This document shows, piece after piece, positions 1 through 11,919 of a stretch of DNA of 64,000 nt. The DNA lies in the NCBI RefSeq assembly GCF_004010195.1, contig NC_057753.1, forward strand, positions 6,137,520 to 6,201,519. The letters run 5' to 3'. The position numbers were made by a program, and so were the translations under genes. The number at the start of each line of letters is the position of its first letter. The first letter of the stretch is position 1. A model generated the notes under the pieces. That model was not told the DNA's origin, made no database searches, and saw only the letters and a list, made by a program, of their open reading frames with translations. This stretch comes from Chiloscyllium plagiosum. Taxonomy: Eukaryota.

Positions 1-1239
1 CTCCCAGTCTTCGGATTAAACCATGCATGTTTTCGCTACTCTAGATAATTCCATTCTCCTCACTGTTCCCCATAGTTCTCCAACTTGTTCCTGTTTAAGT
101 AGTTATCTGCTTCTCTTTTTGTTGGGAACTTATGTCCCTCTGTATCTTTCGCTGGCCTTGGTTTGTTTTGGCTACCTCACGTAGCTCTGGAACAATGCAG
201 TGGTGTGCAGCAGGCTGCCGTTCATTTCCCCGTGTATCCCATGTGGTGCACTGTTTTGGACGGGGGTTTCAGTGGCTTTGATTCAAGTCTTTGAAACTTG
301 GTCTGTGCCTGTCCACTGAGCACCTGTGCCCATGTTTTGCTGATCATAAGTTCAGCAACAGGAGAAAGTATGGTTCAAAAAAACAAGCATTTGACTTGTC
401 AATGAGATTTTGATCGACTCTGGGTTTTTGAAAAACTTAGAGGTGCTGGGTTTGCTAGAAGTGGTGCTGCGAACTGCTTCAGACATCTAGGGAGATCTGA
501 GGATTTGGAATTCCAACTCTGGATGGTGAATGGGCCCTGTAGTTAGAGCATCTGTGTCTTTAATACATACAACAAACAACGCAGAGGCTGCAGAGATGAG
601 AAAACACCAAGTGAGTATGTGTGGGAATGGAGTTCTGTCATATCCACCCTGGGTTTTCGAAGAACAGCTTTGTAAACTACTCTAAATCCAGCAGCAGAGT
701 GCGAAGTGACCCTGAGGCAAAAAAAAAACGTTAATCCCAGAGCAATTGCACCTACTTCAGTACAACCATCAACTTCACACCAGGGTTAGGATGATGCTGC
801 CAATGGCTATTGGACTTAATTTGGTTGAGATTCTTTTATCTGGAACTTATCAGTCAGCAATGGATCACATATCTATCTTCCCCCAGTATGTTGACTTTGC
901 TGTATGCAATTGATAGCAGAAGATATACCAAGTGGATGAGGTTAATGCAATATATTTTGCCTTAGTAGGTACATCATGTTGGTGAATGGCCTCTTTATGC
1001 CTAAGCAGTCATCCATTCCCATTTTCTGGCCTCCACATAGAAAGACAGGATGGCTTCTTGGATAAACGCTGCACACTTGATGCGTAGCTCTAAATATAAT
1101 TCCCCTCACCGGTCTCCATGCCAACTAACTGCATCAGTATATCCTGTGTGCACTCAGAGCAATGGAACCATTGGGAACATCAGGGAGATGGAGCAACAGG
1201 TCTGATATCTGGACTGATTAGAGTGAACCCTCCAGTATA

Positions 1240-1541
1240 CACTGTACCAACCAGGGACCAGGATTTGATTCCTGTCTCATGCGACTGTCTGTGTGGAGTT
1301 TGCACATTCTCCCTGTGTCTCTGTGGGTTTCCTCCCACAGTACAACGATTCACAAGTTAGGTGAATTAGGCATGCTAAATTGCCCTTAGTCTTCAGGGAT
1401 AAATAGCTTAGGTGCATTAGTCAGGGGAAATGTAGAGTAGTAGAGGAATGGGTCCGGGTGGGATACTCTTCAGAGTGTCGATGTGGACTTGTTAGACCAA
1501 ATGACCTATTTCCACACCGGAAGGATTCTATGATTCTATGA
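1240..1541 (+). mobile_element. HE1-type V-SINE, 5'-degraded
   Basis: V-domain gtggagtttgcacattctccctgtgtct, then ggtgaatt.gcatgctaaattgccc, and a gattctat tail. Confidence 0.85.
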
Positions 1542-2075
1542 TGTAGTCCGTCTGACAAATTGTTGTCCATTGACTAACCTGTCTATATCCATTTACAGAC
1601 TGTCCACTACCTCTAGAGAATTCCACTCCCTGCATATGTAAGTGTCACCACCAAATTTAGTTACAATGCACCTGTTCCATTCATCCAAATTATTGATATA
1701 GATTGCAAATATTTGAGGATCCAACTGTGTGATTCCATTGGCTATGTTCTGTCAAATTGGTAAATGCTGATTTATCTCTAATGTTTGCTTATGTTTGATA
1801 ACCAGTCCTCCCTCTATTTCTGTGTCGCACATCTGAAGGGCTGAATGTTTCATTGAAACTATGAGATCAAGGTGAATAATCAGCATTTCAGCCCCTCAAG
1901 CCTCTGTGATATTTAATATGATCATGGTTGATCTCACCGTGACCTCAGTTCCACTTTGCTCCCCACTCACCACAACACTTCATTTACTCAATAATCCAAG
2001 CATAATTGGATGATGGATGGAGTATATTTGAGACTGTGGTGCTGGTGATGATGCAAATATTGATGTTTGGGGTAT

Positions 2076-2406
2076 TAGAATTAGAATCCCTATTGTGTGG
2101 AAACAAGCCCTTCGGCCCAACAAGTTCACACTGACCCTCTGAACAGTTATCCACCCGGACACATTCCCCTACCCCATATCTACCATTGACTAATAACCTA
2201 CATTTTGGACAAATTAGCATGGCCAATTCACCCTGACCTGAACATTTTTGGACTGTGGGAGAATGCCTAAGCACCCGGGGAAAACCCACGCAGACACAGG
2301 GAGAATGTGCACACTTCACACAGACAGTCGGCCGAGGCTGGAATTGAACCTGGGCCTCTGGCACTGTGAGACAACAGTGCTAAACACAGAGAAACCGTGC
2401 CACCCC
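2076..2406 (-). mobile_element. HE1-type V-SINE
   Basis: Reverse complement of tRNA-like head, V-domain and gggccgaagggc..gtttccacac 3' end. Confidence 0.9.
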
Positions 2407-2782
2407 TAAGATTCCACAGATTCACAACGCTTTGAGTCAAGATACCTTTCCCCACCCCGTCATAAATCCACTTCACCTTATCCTAAAATGATGATTATTG
2501 TTCTAGGTTGCCTTACATGTGGAAATATCCACACCACGTGTACATTGTTAATCACCTTTAGCATTTCACGTACGTCAGTGAGATCTCCTCTCATTCATCT
2601 GAATTCCAGAGAGTTTAGATCTGAACTGCTCAATCTGTCCTCATCACTGGAATCAATTTAGTGAAGAACTTCTGAATTGCTTCCAAATGCAACTACATCT
2701 CTTCATATGTTAGTACACAATAAACATACACAGTGCTCCATTAATATCTTGCACATTTGTATCAACCCTCCTTTCTCTTATG

Positions 2783-3220
2783 ATTTGGAGGTGCCTGGGT
2801 TGGATTCGGCTGTAACAAAGTTAAAAATCATACAACACCACGATATAGCCCAACAGCTTTATTTGGAAGCACTATCTTCCAAAGCACTGCTCCTTCAGCA
2901 GGTGGTTGTAGACTATAAGATCGTAAGACACAGAAGTTATTGCAAAAGTTTACACTGTGATGCAACTGAAATTATACATTGAAAAAGACATGGATTTTTT
3001 CAGTCTCTCATATGTTAGAATGACCATGTTGCTTTCAGTTCTTCCATATGAAAACTCACGTAACTTTTTTTAAAATTACATTTTCAAGTGAACTTTAACA
3101 GCTGGTGCCATGTCAGCTCAGATAATATATTGAAGGTGTGAGTTTAACATTTGTCTGTCTGTGCCCCGATGTTCAGACCGATATTAATTCTAAATAAAAG
3201 TTACAGAATATTACATGGAT
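2783..3220 (-). mobile_element. Penelope-like element terminal fragment
   Basis: Terminal-repeat-type sequence containing a decayed hammerhead core on the minus strand (CTGCTGAAGGAGCAGTGCTTTGGAAGATA, ~2873-2901). Confidence 0.55.
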
Positions 3221-3699
3221 TCATGCTCCATTTTTAGATATATATATATAGTTCAGACACTGGCATGTTCACTTGTACTCCTCACCGAACCATAGATCGG
3301 CTTGATGGCAAATAGTGACTGAGGCATTATCCCGGACAAAAAGTTTCAGATTGAGGTTGAATATAATTCTGCATTCGCTGCTAATATGGTCTGCAGCAAC
3401 AAACGAATGCCCAGTTTTGAGTTGCAATGTCTGCCATTCTGCTGCATGCCCACCAGTTCACAACGAGACCTATTCACTCATTACGCCGTTTTCAGTGAGC
3501 CACTCCAGTTTCTGATGAGGTAACGCTTCGATTTTAATATTCTCATTCTTCTGAGGGTCTCTCCATGGTGTCACACCTCGAATTTCTCACATTCTTCAAA
3601 AAGCTTTCACAACTTTAAAACATTCATCTGAATCTTTTCCATTCCAGTATTTACTATGTTTAAAGTGAATGTAGCTCTGTAATGTGTGGCGCTCCATCC

Positions 3700-4095
3700 T
3701 AGACAGGGAGTTTGAGCAACTTTGATACGCATCTTTGAAACTTGTTGAAAAACAGTAACTGCTGGTCTAGCAACATTCCACTTCTCTGGCAGCTCATTCT
3801 GTATACAGACATCTGTGTCAAAAACATTCCCCTTAGGTCTCTTTTAAACCTTTCACCTCTCAACTTAAAGCTTTGCCATCCAGTTCTGGAATAATCCACA
3901 CCAGAGGAAATATCTTGTCTATTTATTCTATCTATGCCCCTCATGATTTTATAAACTTCTATGATGTCACACCTCAACCTCTGGTGCTGCAGGGAACCTA
4001 GCCCAGACTATTCAGCTCTAATCTTCCAATCCTGTCAACGGCCTTGTGAATATTTTCTGAACTCTTTCACGTTTCACAGCATCATTCCTATAGCA
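3700..4095 (-). mobile_element. CR1-type LINE ORF2 3' fragment
   Basis: Peptide LRCDIIEVYKIMRGIDR..FKLRGERFKRDLRGMFLTQ, typical of the CR1 ORF2 C-terminus. Confidence 0.85.
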
Positions 4096-4149
4096 AATTC
4101 AGATGCAGTCTGCTGCTAAGAAAAGTAAGCGGTCATGCACACTGGCGCT

Positions 4150-4810
4150 GAGAATATTGGAGAATTAGGCATGTTATCATTTAATGGAGAGACTCAAGAA
4201 AGTGCATCATGGTGTTCCTTTGTCTAAAAAAGCAATGAGCGTGCTAGTGCAGCAAGTAACTAGGTTGACATATTCTTTGGCATCGACCAGTGTTGGGCCA
4301 AAGGGCTTGTCTCTGTGCTGTGCTACAACTCTATTAGGTTGATTCCTGGGATGAAAATGTTGAATTATTGAATGTGTATAAAATGGTTAGACGTTTAGTC
4401 ATTAGAATTGAAATGAATGAGTGGTGACATTAGGGGAAAATACAAGATGAGAGGGTTTGACAAGATAGATGTTAAGAAACTGTTTCCACTCCTGGCTGGA
4501 GTCATTCATACAGAACAAGAGACATTGATTTAGAACTGAGATGCAAAGAAATTTCTTCTGTCAGAAGGTAGCGAATGTTGGGCATTCTCTACCCCAGGGA
4601 GCTGTGGAGGCTAATTCACTGAAAGTATTTCCAGATGAGCTGAAAGGATGTTTGACATATATGTGAATTGTAAAATGCAAGGAATTGTAATACAATTAGA
4701 AATGAGCCCTGCAGCAGATCAGTCGTGCTGTTACTGAATGACGGGGCAGGCTTGAAGTGCCAAATAGCATACTACTGTTCCTATAGTTTATGTTCTAATG
4801 TTCTGTTATT
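4150..4810 (+). mobile_element. Old CR1-type LINE 3' fragment
   Basis: Degenerate FRTEMQRNFFCQKVANVGHSLPQGAVEA segment and a gttctaatgttct tail. Confidence 0.6.
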
Positions 4811-5124
4811 GGAAAGAAACTGGTTATTTTCTTGTAAATCAGATGACTTAATTGAACTGTACCAGATGATTTAGTTGAACTGACCCTCGGAGAGATATGG
4901 GGCCTGTATTCGAAGTGAGTCTGGTTCTGAAGCATTACCAACATTGGCAGCAGAAGTTGCAGAGACATGAATCCTGTTAAAAAGGGATGAGAAGGTTCTT
5001 CCTGACCTAACTTGGATTTCCAAGTACATTTTCTGAACTACACTGAACCATCAAAGTGGCCTCGATCTACTCCCATGTAGTAGGTTTGAAGCACTGAAAG
5101 AAACATCCAAACATGGGAAATGGT

Positions 5125-6980
5125 AAACTAATAGAGAAAGTGAAGTCACATGTATGCAGCGTGTTCTAGCTAGTTGGATAAAGAACTGGTTGAGCAACAG
5201 GAGACAGAGAGTAATAGTTGAAGGGAGTTTCTCGAAATGGAGAAAGGTGAACAGTGGTGTTCCACAGGGATCAGTGCTGAGGCCACTGTTGTTTGTAATA
5301 TACATACATGATCTGGAAGAAGGCATGATTAGTATGACCAGTAAGTTTGCAGATGACACGAAGATTGTTTGAGTAGCAGAACGCATAAGGGACTGTGAAA
5401 GAGTACAGGAGAACATAGATAGACTCGATATTTGGGCAGAGATGTGGCAGGTGGAGTTCAGTCCAGACAAATGTGAGGTGATGCATTTCTGGAAGTCTAA
5501 TTCCAGTGCGAATTATACAGTGAATGTAAGTGCCTTGGGAAAAGTTGATCAGCAGAGAGGTCTGGAAGTGTAGGTCCATTACACCCCGAAGGTTGCTGCA
5601 CAGGTGGATAGAGTGGTCAAGAAGGCATATAGTATGCTTGCCTTCATCGGATGGGGTATTGAGTATAAGGAAGGCAGATTACTATCTAAATGGAGTCAAG
5701 TTAGGTTAAAGATGTTCTTGTACATCAGTGAATAAAAGCAAGCTTGCAGGTACAGCAGGCAGTGAAGAAAGCTAACGGCGTGCTGGCCTTCATCACAAGA
5801 GGAATTGACTTTAGGAACAAAGAGGTCTTTCCGCAACTGTACAGGGCTCTGATGATAAAGCACCTGAAGTATTGTGTGCAGTTTTGAACTCCAAATGTGA
5901 GGAAGGACATTCTTGCTATTGCGGGAATGCAGTGTATGTTCACGAGGTCAATTCCCGGAAAGGCAGTTCTATCATATGTTGAAAGATTGAAATGACTGGG
6001 CTTGCACGCACTTGAGTTTAGAAGGATGAGAGGGGATCTGATTGAGATGTATAAAATTATTGAAGGATTAGACCCTCTGGAGGCAGGAAGCATGTTTCCG
6101 CAGATTGGTGAGTCCAGAATCAGATCACACAGTTTAAAGTAAGAGCTAAGCCATTTAGAACATAGTTGAGGAGAAACTTCTTCATCCAGAGAGTAGTGGA
6201 TGCCCCAGAAGGCAGTGGAGGCCGAGTCTCTGGATACTTTCAAGAAAGAGATGGATGAGATCTTAGAGATAGTGGAATCAAGGGTTATGTGGATAAGGCA
6301 GGAACAGGTTACTGATTGCAGATGATCAGCCATGATCATAATGAATGGTGGTGCTGGCTCTAAGGGCCGAATGGCCTACTCCTGCATCTATTGTCTATTG
6401 TATATTCTGTATAAGAGCTGGCAGGTCATGATAAAATTGCACGCAATGTTTGTTCGTTCGTTTAGAATACTGTTTACAGTTCTGGTCACCACATTACTAA
6501 AAGGATGTGGACACTTTGGAGAGGGTGATTGCTGTGAAGAGAGGTTGAATAGGTTAGGTTTGTTTTCATTAGAAAAAAGGAGATTGAGAGAGGACCTGAT
6601 TGAAGTCTGCAAAATCATAAAGAGTATAGACAGGTAGACAGAGATAAGATTTTTCACAGGGTGAAGGATTCAAGAGGTCACGCTTTAAAGGTGAGAGGTG
6701 GAAAGTATGGGGGGGATACACGCGGCAAGTACTTTACTCAGAGGGTGGTGGGTGTCGTGAACGCGTTGCCAGCAGCGGGAGTAGAGGCAGGCACGGCAAA
6801 TTCATTTAAGATGCAACTGAACAGATGCATGAGAAGGTGGGGAGCAAAGGAATACAGATACTTAGGACTTGGGTGACAGGTTTAGATAGTAGATTTGGAT
6901 CAGCTCAGGCTTGGGAGGTGGGGTAGGGTGAATGGCCTGTTCCTCGGCTGACAGTTTTATTTGTTCTTTGCCTTTGTTTA
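5125..6980 (+). mobile_element. CR1-type LINE RT-to-3' fragment, interrupted by a second CR1 at 5670-6408
   Basis: WIKNWLSNRRQRV, SGVPQGSVL and SKFADDTK motifs. The sequence resumes at 6409 with YKSWQVM and runs to the 3' tail. Confidence 0.9.
5670..6408 (+). mobile_element. 5'-truncated CR1-type LINE nested in another CR1
   Basis: Independent ORF2 C-terminus and gggccgaatggcctactcctgc tail, flanked by a 7-bp TSD gtataag (5663-5669 and 6409-6415). Confidence 0.88.
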
Positions 6981-7002
6981 TAAACGTAAAGAATCACCAA
7001 TG

Positions 7003-7400
7003 ATGTAAATTCAGAACTAAAATAGAAATTGCTGGAAAGGTCTAGCCGGATTGGCAGCATCTGCAGAGATGTATCAACATTAACATAACGGGTACAGTGA
7101 CTCCTCAGAATTTATTGCAGGTAAGAAAATGTTTTTTCTTCGTACAACAGATGGGTGGAGGAGGGGATAAAGAGTACATGATGCATGGAAATAGATCCCA
7201 AAGAGAGAGTAGAGGAATTGGACAGACGAAGGAGATGATAGCAATCAGCGTGGAAAAATCAATGTCCACTAATTGAGAGAATTAGTGGCTAAAGATAGAT
7301 TTCATGGCATATCGCACCATGTACTAACAAGGCCTAATGTCTGGGGATTGGGGTAACATCCTGGGCAGCTTGCCTCAGGCACTAAAATCAGAATTACTAA
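7003..7400 (-). mobile_element. Degenerate Penelope-like terminal fragment
   Basis: gaaattgctggaaa..ggcagcatctg resembles the termini at 14221-14345 and 45483-45537. Confidence 0.5.
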
Positions 7401-7920
7401 TTGCAAGTGGATATTGATAACAATGTGATAACTTACAGTTTTGAATGGCCTGTGTAAAGTATGCTTATGATTACATTGAAGTATAAATCTGATGTAATAA
7501 ATTGTATGAAGTGTCTTTCCTCTTAGGAAATGGCTGACAAGAGCATGCAAGTTAGATAACCAGGATTAAAAATAACAGTGGCTGAGTGTCATCTGATCGA
7601 TGATAGGAAAACGGGGTTGAATGACTGAAAGTTCCTATGATATGGATCTCAGGACACCATCAGATCCGCCACGATCTTATTTAATGGAGGAACTGGTTTG
7701 AAGGGCTGAAAGACTTTATGATGGACTTAATATGCGATTTGAAAAGAAAACCTCTGATCATTCTACTTATGTGTTACATACTGGTGGACTGACATTTTCT
7801 GGAATCTGGGAATGGTTTGGAACATACTCTGTAGCATTCTATAAATGGCATTGTCATAAAAATTCCAGAAACAGCCTTGTCCAGAACATTCTATAACCGT
7901 GTGGGCTTTTGCATAGGTGA

Positions 7921-7950
7921 GACAGAGAGAGAGAGAGAGAGCGAGAGAGG
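7921..7950. repeat. (GA)n microsatellite
   Basis: Direct reading of the sequence. Confidence 0.9.
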
Positions 7951-8404
7951 AAATGTGCTGGATGCAGTAGTGAGAGAGGTAAGGCGTGAGCTTTGTTCGG
8001 AGGTAGATTTGTAAGAGATATGCAATGGGTGTGAGGAAGCAGAGAGAAATTGGTGGCACTTGTCCTAGGAGAATCGGGAAGGATAGTAACACTCGTCCTG
8101 TGTTGCTAGACATTTCTTCAGTACCACAGATACTGCCCTGGGCTGGTAGTGAGGTCAGAACATGCTTGGTGCATCTGATAGTGTGATCTCCTTTAGGGAA
8201 GGGAATGGTCCTCTTCTGTACTACTGCCTCCACAAGGATCTCTGTTCCCCTGTGGCCAAATAGATCAAAATTCCCTTGATTAGCTATGCTCGGGGGAAAA
8301 TATGCAAGGCAGCTCTGAACTCAGAGCTCAACCTTGTGCACACTGGTCTTCTAAAGACGGCACCAGTGCCAGGGATCAAGGATTCTCCAGCCCATAATGA
8401 ATGG

Positions 8405-8505
8405 CAGGTTCCTGATGAAGAGCTTATGTCCGAAATTTCGATTCTCCTGCTCCTTGAATGCTGTCCGACCTGCTGTGCTTTTCCAGCACCACACTCCCGA
8501 CTCTG
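8405..8505 (+). mobile_element. Penelope-like terminal repeat with degenerate hammerhead motif
   Basis: CTGATGAagagcttatgtccGAAAtttcgattctcctgctcc..gacctgctgtgcttttccagcaccacactc, homologous to 15489-15579. Confidence 0.75.
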
Positions 8506-9169
8506 AATGAGAGAATGGGGCTGGAATTTAATGAAAGGAATGCCATGTGGTTAGGTAAGTAGTTAAAAATTGAGTCCGATAGAACAGCCACCAGATCACT
8601 GGCTCGGCCTTGTGCTGATGATCCATCTGTGAAACGCAATAATAATGACATTGATGCAAACCAGTCTAATGAGTCAAAGAGTCTGCTGACCTCACTCCTA
8701 TTTGCAAGGCTGCAGAACAAATGCTCATCTCATACACTCTATTGTCTGAGTACACACTGATATCCAATTCATCCATCAATCTGAGAAAATACTGGTCAAT
8801 GCTGCAAGATGATATCGTAATATTTACACTTCATCGTTCTTAAACCTGTAAACACATTCTTCCATGATATTGTCTTTCAAACTCCCCTTATCTGCCTACG
8901 TTGCAAACTCCTCACATTTGTTGGTAATTAAACTTTTTTTTTTCCCCCTGGAATCTCTCTCTGGCATAGATGTGCAGATCCACAGCATCCCTTGCCATCG
9001 CACAATTGAGGTATGGAGCTGCAAATGGATGTGATCAACACATCCTGTAACTTCCAGCGTGGGTTGCAAGTTCTCTCATACTGGGTAGCGATTTAACGCA
9101 GTATTATCGAGCAACACACTAGAATATGCACACATATCTACATAATGGGAGGACAATTACTCCAAATGT

Positions 9170-9720
9170 ATTGATCAATACAATGGTGTGGCTTCCATAG
9201 CTCCCCATGCTGGGCAGATATTTAGCCTGGGTTTACAGATAAATGCTCTTGTGCGGCCTGCAGGGCTCCCCATCCTGCACCAATATCTCGTCCGAGATTA
9301 CAAATCAATGCACTGATGTGGTCTGCACAAACCCCGTGCTGAGAAGACTTCAAAAGATCAATGCATTGGTGTGGTCTGAACAGCTTCCAGTGATAGATGG
9401 ATATTTAATCTGGGTTTACAGATCAATGTAACCGTGGTCTGCACAGCTCCACATATGTAATCTGGCTAATAAATCAATGCACTGCTGTGGTCTGCGCAAC
9501 TCCACATGCTGGGGATACCTTGTCTGTGTTTATTTATCAATACATGAGCGTGGTTTGCACAGCTCCCCCGATAGACAGACATAAAACCCCGGTTTATCGA
9601 CCAATGTACTGAAGTGGTTTACAGTCATCCATACTAGACGTATGGTCAGTTATATTCAGCAGTTGCTGGCCTGGTCTGCGCAGTGCTCCATGCTGAACAG
9701 ATATCTCATCTGGGTTTATG
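9170..9720. repeat. Degenerate minisatellite, about 9 units of 51-65 bp
   Basis: Core ATCAATGCACTGNTGTGGTCTGCACAGCTCC recurs near 9174, 9239, 9304, 9357, 9422, 9473, 9536, 9600 and 9659. Confidence 0.85.
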
Positions 9721-9749
9721 TTGGACGGGGTTCTTCTGTGAGTTGGCAT

Positions 9750-10080
9750 GGGTGGCATAATGACTAGCACTACTGCCTCAGAGCACCAGGGACCCGGGTT
9801 AGATTCCTGCCTCGGTTGACTGTGTGTGTGAAGCCTGCACGTCTCTGTGTGGCTTTCCTCTGGATTCTCCAGTTTCTTACCACAGTCAAAAGATGCGTAG
9901 TTTAGGTGGATTGACAATGATAATATTCCCACAGTGTCCAAGGATGTGCTGGCTAGGTGGGTAAGCCATGTGAAACGGGGGTTACGGGGATGGGGGTAGG
10001 TCAGGATGGCATGGTATTTGAGGGTTGGTGTGGATTCAATCGACTGACTGGCCTGCTTCAACACTTTAGGGATTCTTTGT
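9750..10080 (+). mobile_element. Diverged HE1-type V-SINE
   Basis: Head gggtggcat..tagcactactgcctcagagcaccagggacccgggtt followed by a V-domain remnant. Confidence 0.8.
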
Positions 10081-10640
10081 GTAAGTTGGATTAAGAATGT
10101 GAAGCTGCTCTGGCAATGCCTTATTCTTGTGATCAAACCTTCCATTCGCTTACTACATTAATGTTAGAGTGCATCATGTTCACAAGTACACATTTTCTTG
10201 GCAGGAACCAAAGCCTCTTCAGTTAGATGCAGTCAGCCATTCACATTGCCTATCAGTCTATATGTAGAAATAAATATATAGAAATTAAAATAATGCAGCA
10301 GTAATAAAGGATGACTTGATCTGGACGTTTTCCTTCTCCGTATTAGGAATTATAAAAAGTGATGAATGTCTATCCTTAAGTGATTGAGTGCATGAAAATG
10401 TTCTAGAAATCACGTGTTCTTCTGGATGTGTGTCTGTCTGTTTGGAGATGGAACGTTTCATCTCTTTTACATTGCATTTTTTAAAAAAGTAATTCAGAAT
10501 GTACCATTCATTTCAGCTCTAATTTCATCAGTAAATATTTGGATGCAGTGACGCATTTGATCATCTCCAGAGATCTGCAATCAAATTGGTAACTTTACTT
10601 CCACACTGACATATATTTTCTTTGTTTGCCTTCCTCACAG

Positions 10641-11548
10641 TTAACATAGTAACGATCTTCGTCCTGCTTTATAAAGATTGTGGATTATCTCCATGTGTCA
10701 GTTGTTACCTGGTGGCCATGGCAGTGGCGGATCTACTAGTCATTTTCCTCGACCTGATATTGAGACACATTCCCATTGTTTATCAAGAATCATTTACTTT
10801 CTGCTATTCAATCCCTGTATGCAATGTCCACGCTGTCATGCTCTATGCAGCCACAGATTGTTCTGTCTGGTTCACCGTCACTTTCACCTTTGATCGGTTT
10901 GTGGCCATTTGTTGCCAGAAGCTGAAAAGGAAATACTGCAGTGAAAATTCGGCGGCTGTTGTTCTGGGAACAGTGACTGTGCTGAGCTGTTTAAAGAACA
11001 TTTTCTGGTATTTTATGCACACAGGTCAGTACTTGATGGGCAATGTCCCTTGGTTTTGTGATGTAACAGATGATGTTTATGAGTCTGGTGTCTGGGTCAC
11101 AATTCAGTTCGTCCATCACATTCTAACACCAGCTCTCCCATTTGTCCTGATTCTGCTGCTCAATGTTTTCACTGTGAGGTACATCTTAGTAACCAGTAAA
11201 GCCCGCAGAAGAATCCAGGCTCACACCAACAGGGACTTTCAGTGTGGCACAGAAATGGAAAATCGAAAAAAATCTATAATTTTACTGTTTGTGGTGTCAG
11301 TCAATTTCATCCTATTATGGTCAATGTTAATGGTGTTTTCTATATGGAGGTGGGCGCGGTATTTGGGGTGTAAATCAATCTATCTGCCTTGGTTTGTGCA
11401 GGAATTGGGCTTCATGTTGCAGCTCCTCAGTTGTTGCACAAATACCGCCATTTATGCCGTGACCCAGACGAAGTTCAGACAACAACTGAAGAATGTGCTG
11501 AAATATCCCTTTACCCAAATTCATCAATCAATCAAATTCATCCATTAA
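10641..11548 (+). CDS. Terminal coding exon (end of TM1 to C-terminus) of a GPR139/GPR142-like rhodopsin-class GPCR; first coding exon not found in the window
   Basis: Open frame with hydrophobic segments and class-A motifs: (V)NIVTI (TM1), LVAMAVADLL (TM2), C..FTFDRFVAIC (TM3), PFVLILLLN (TM5), NFILLWS (TM6), SCCTNTAIY..TKFRQQL (TM7/helix 8). It is preceded by a pyrimidine tract and acceptor tttgtttgccttcctcacag (AG at 10639-10640), giving a phase-1 junction G|TT AAC. Confidence 0.92.
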
Positions 11549-11713
11549 TCTATACATTCAAGATGTATTCAGTTCAATTCTATTTTCAGCAATGAAGCTA
11601 TGTTAACAGACAGGGAGTAGTCCTCAACCTTACCCCATTGTTTACGGGGCACTTTCCAATGTTTCTTCAGCAACCAGTTATTCCACTTCCTGCATCAACA
11701 ACATTAATTTGTA

Positions 11714-11725
11714 AATAAAAATAAA
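11714..11725 (+). promoter_or_regulatory. Tandem polyadenylation signals of the GPCR gene
   Basis: AATAAA twice (11714-11719 and 11720-11725), ~170 nt after the TAA stop. Confidence 0.65.
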
Positions 11726-11919
11726 TGTCCATTAAAAAGCGTCAAGTAGCAGAGCTTTCTTTTTGGTTGTTGAGCAATGCTGAGCTAGAGAGAGACAGAA
11801 TAAGCCTGAACTGCTGATCCTCAGGGGAGTGGACGGTCAGGCATTGATCTCAGGAGTTGGGAGTAAGTCACTCTGTGCTTGCTTTCACTTCTGGTGACAC
11901 AATCTTCAAGCTTTCCCTT

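Noticed and set aside
3512..3535. CTGATGA hammerhead box
   Set aside because: There is no downstream GAAA box or helix II.
9145..9174. ATG GGA GGA CAA TTA CTC CAA as first exon of the GPCR
   Set aside because: It hits TGA after 9 codons, has no GVP|GT donor, and merges into the minisatellite.
9170..9720. CRISPR array
   Set aside because: The 'spacers' are homologous to each other, the repeats are highly degenerate, there are no cas genes, and the context is vertebrate DNA.
10622..10640. ORF-track start (TTG, 'MFAFLT') as the GPCR N-terminus
   Set aside because: It is the intron pyrimidine tract and acceptor. The exon starts at 10641.
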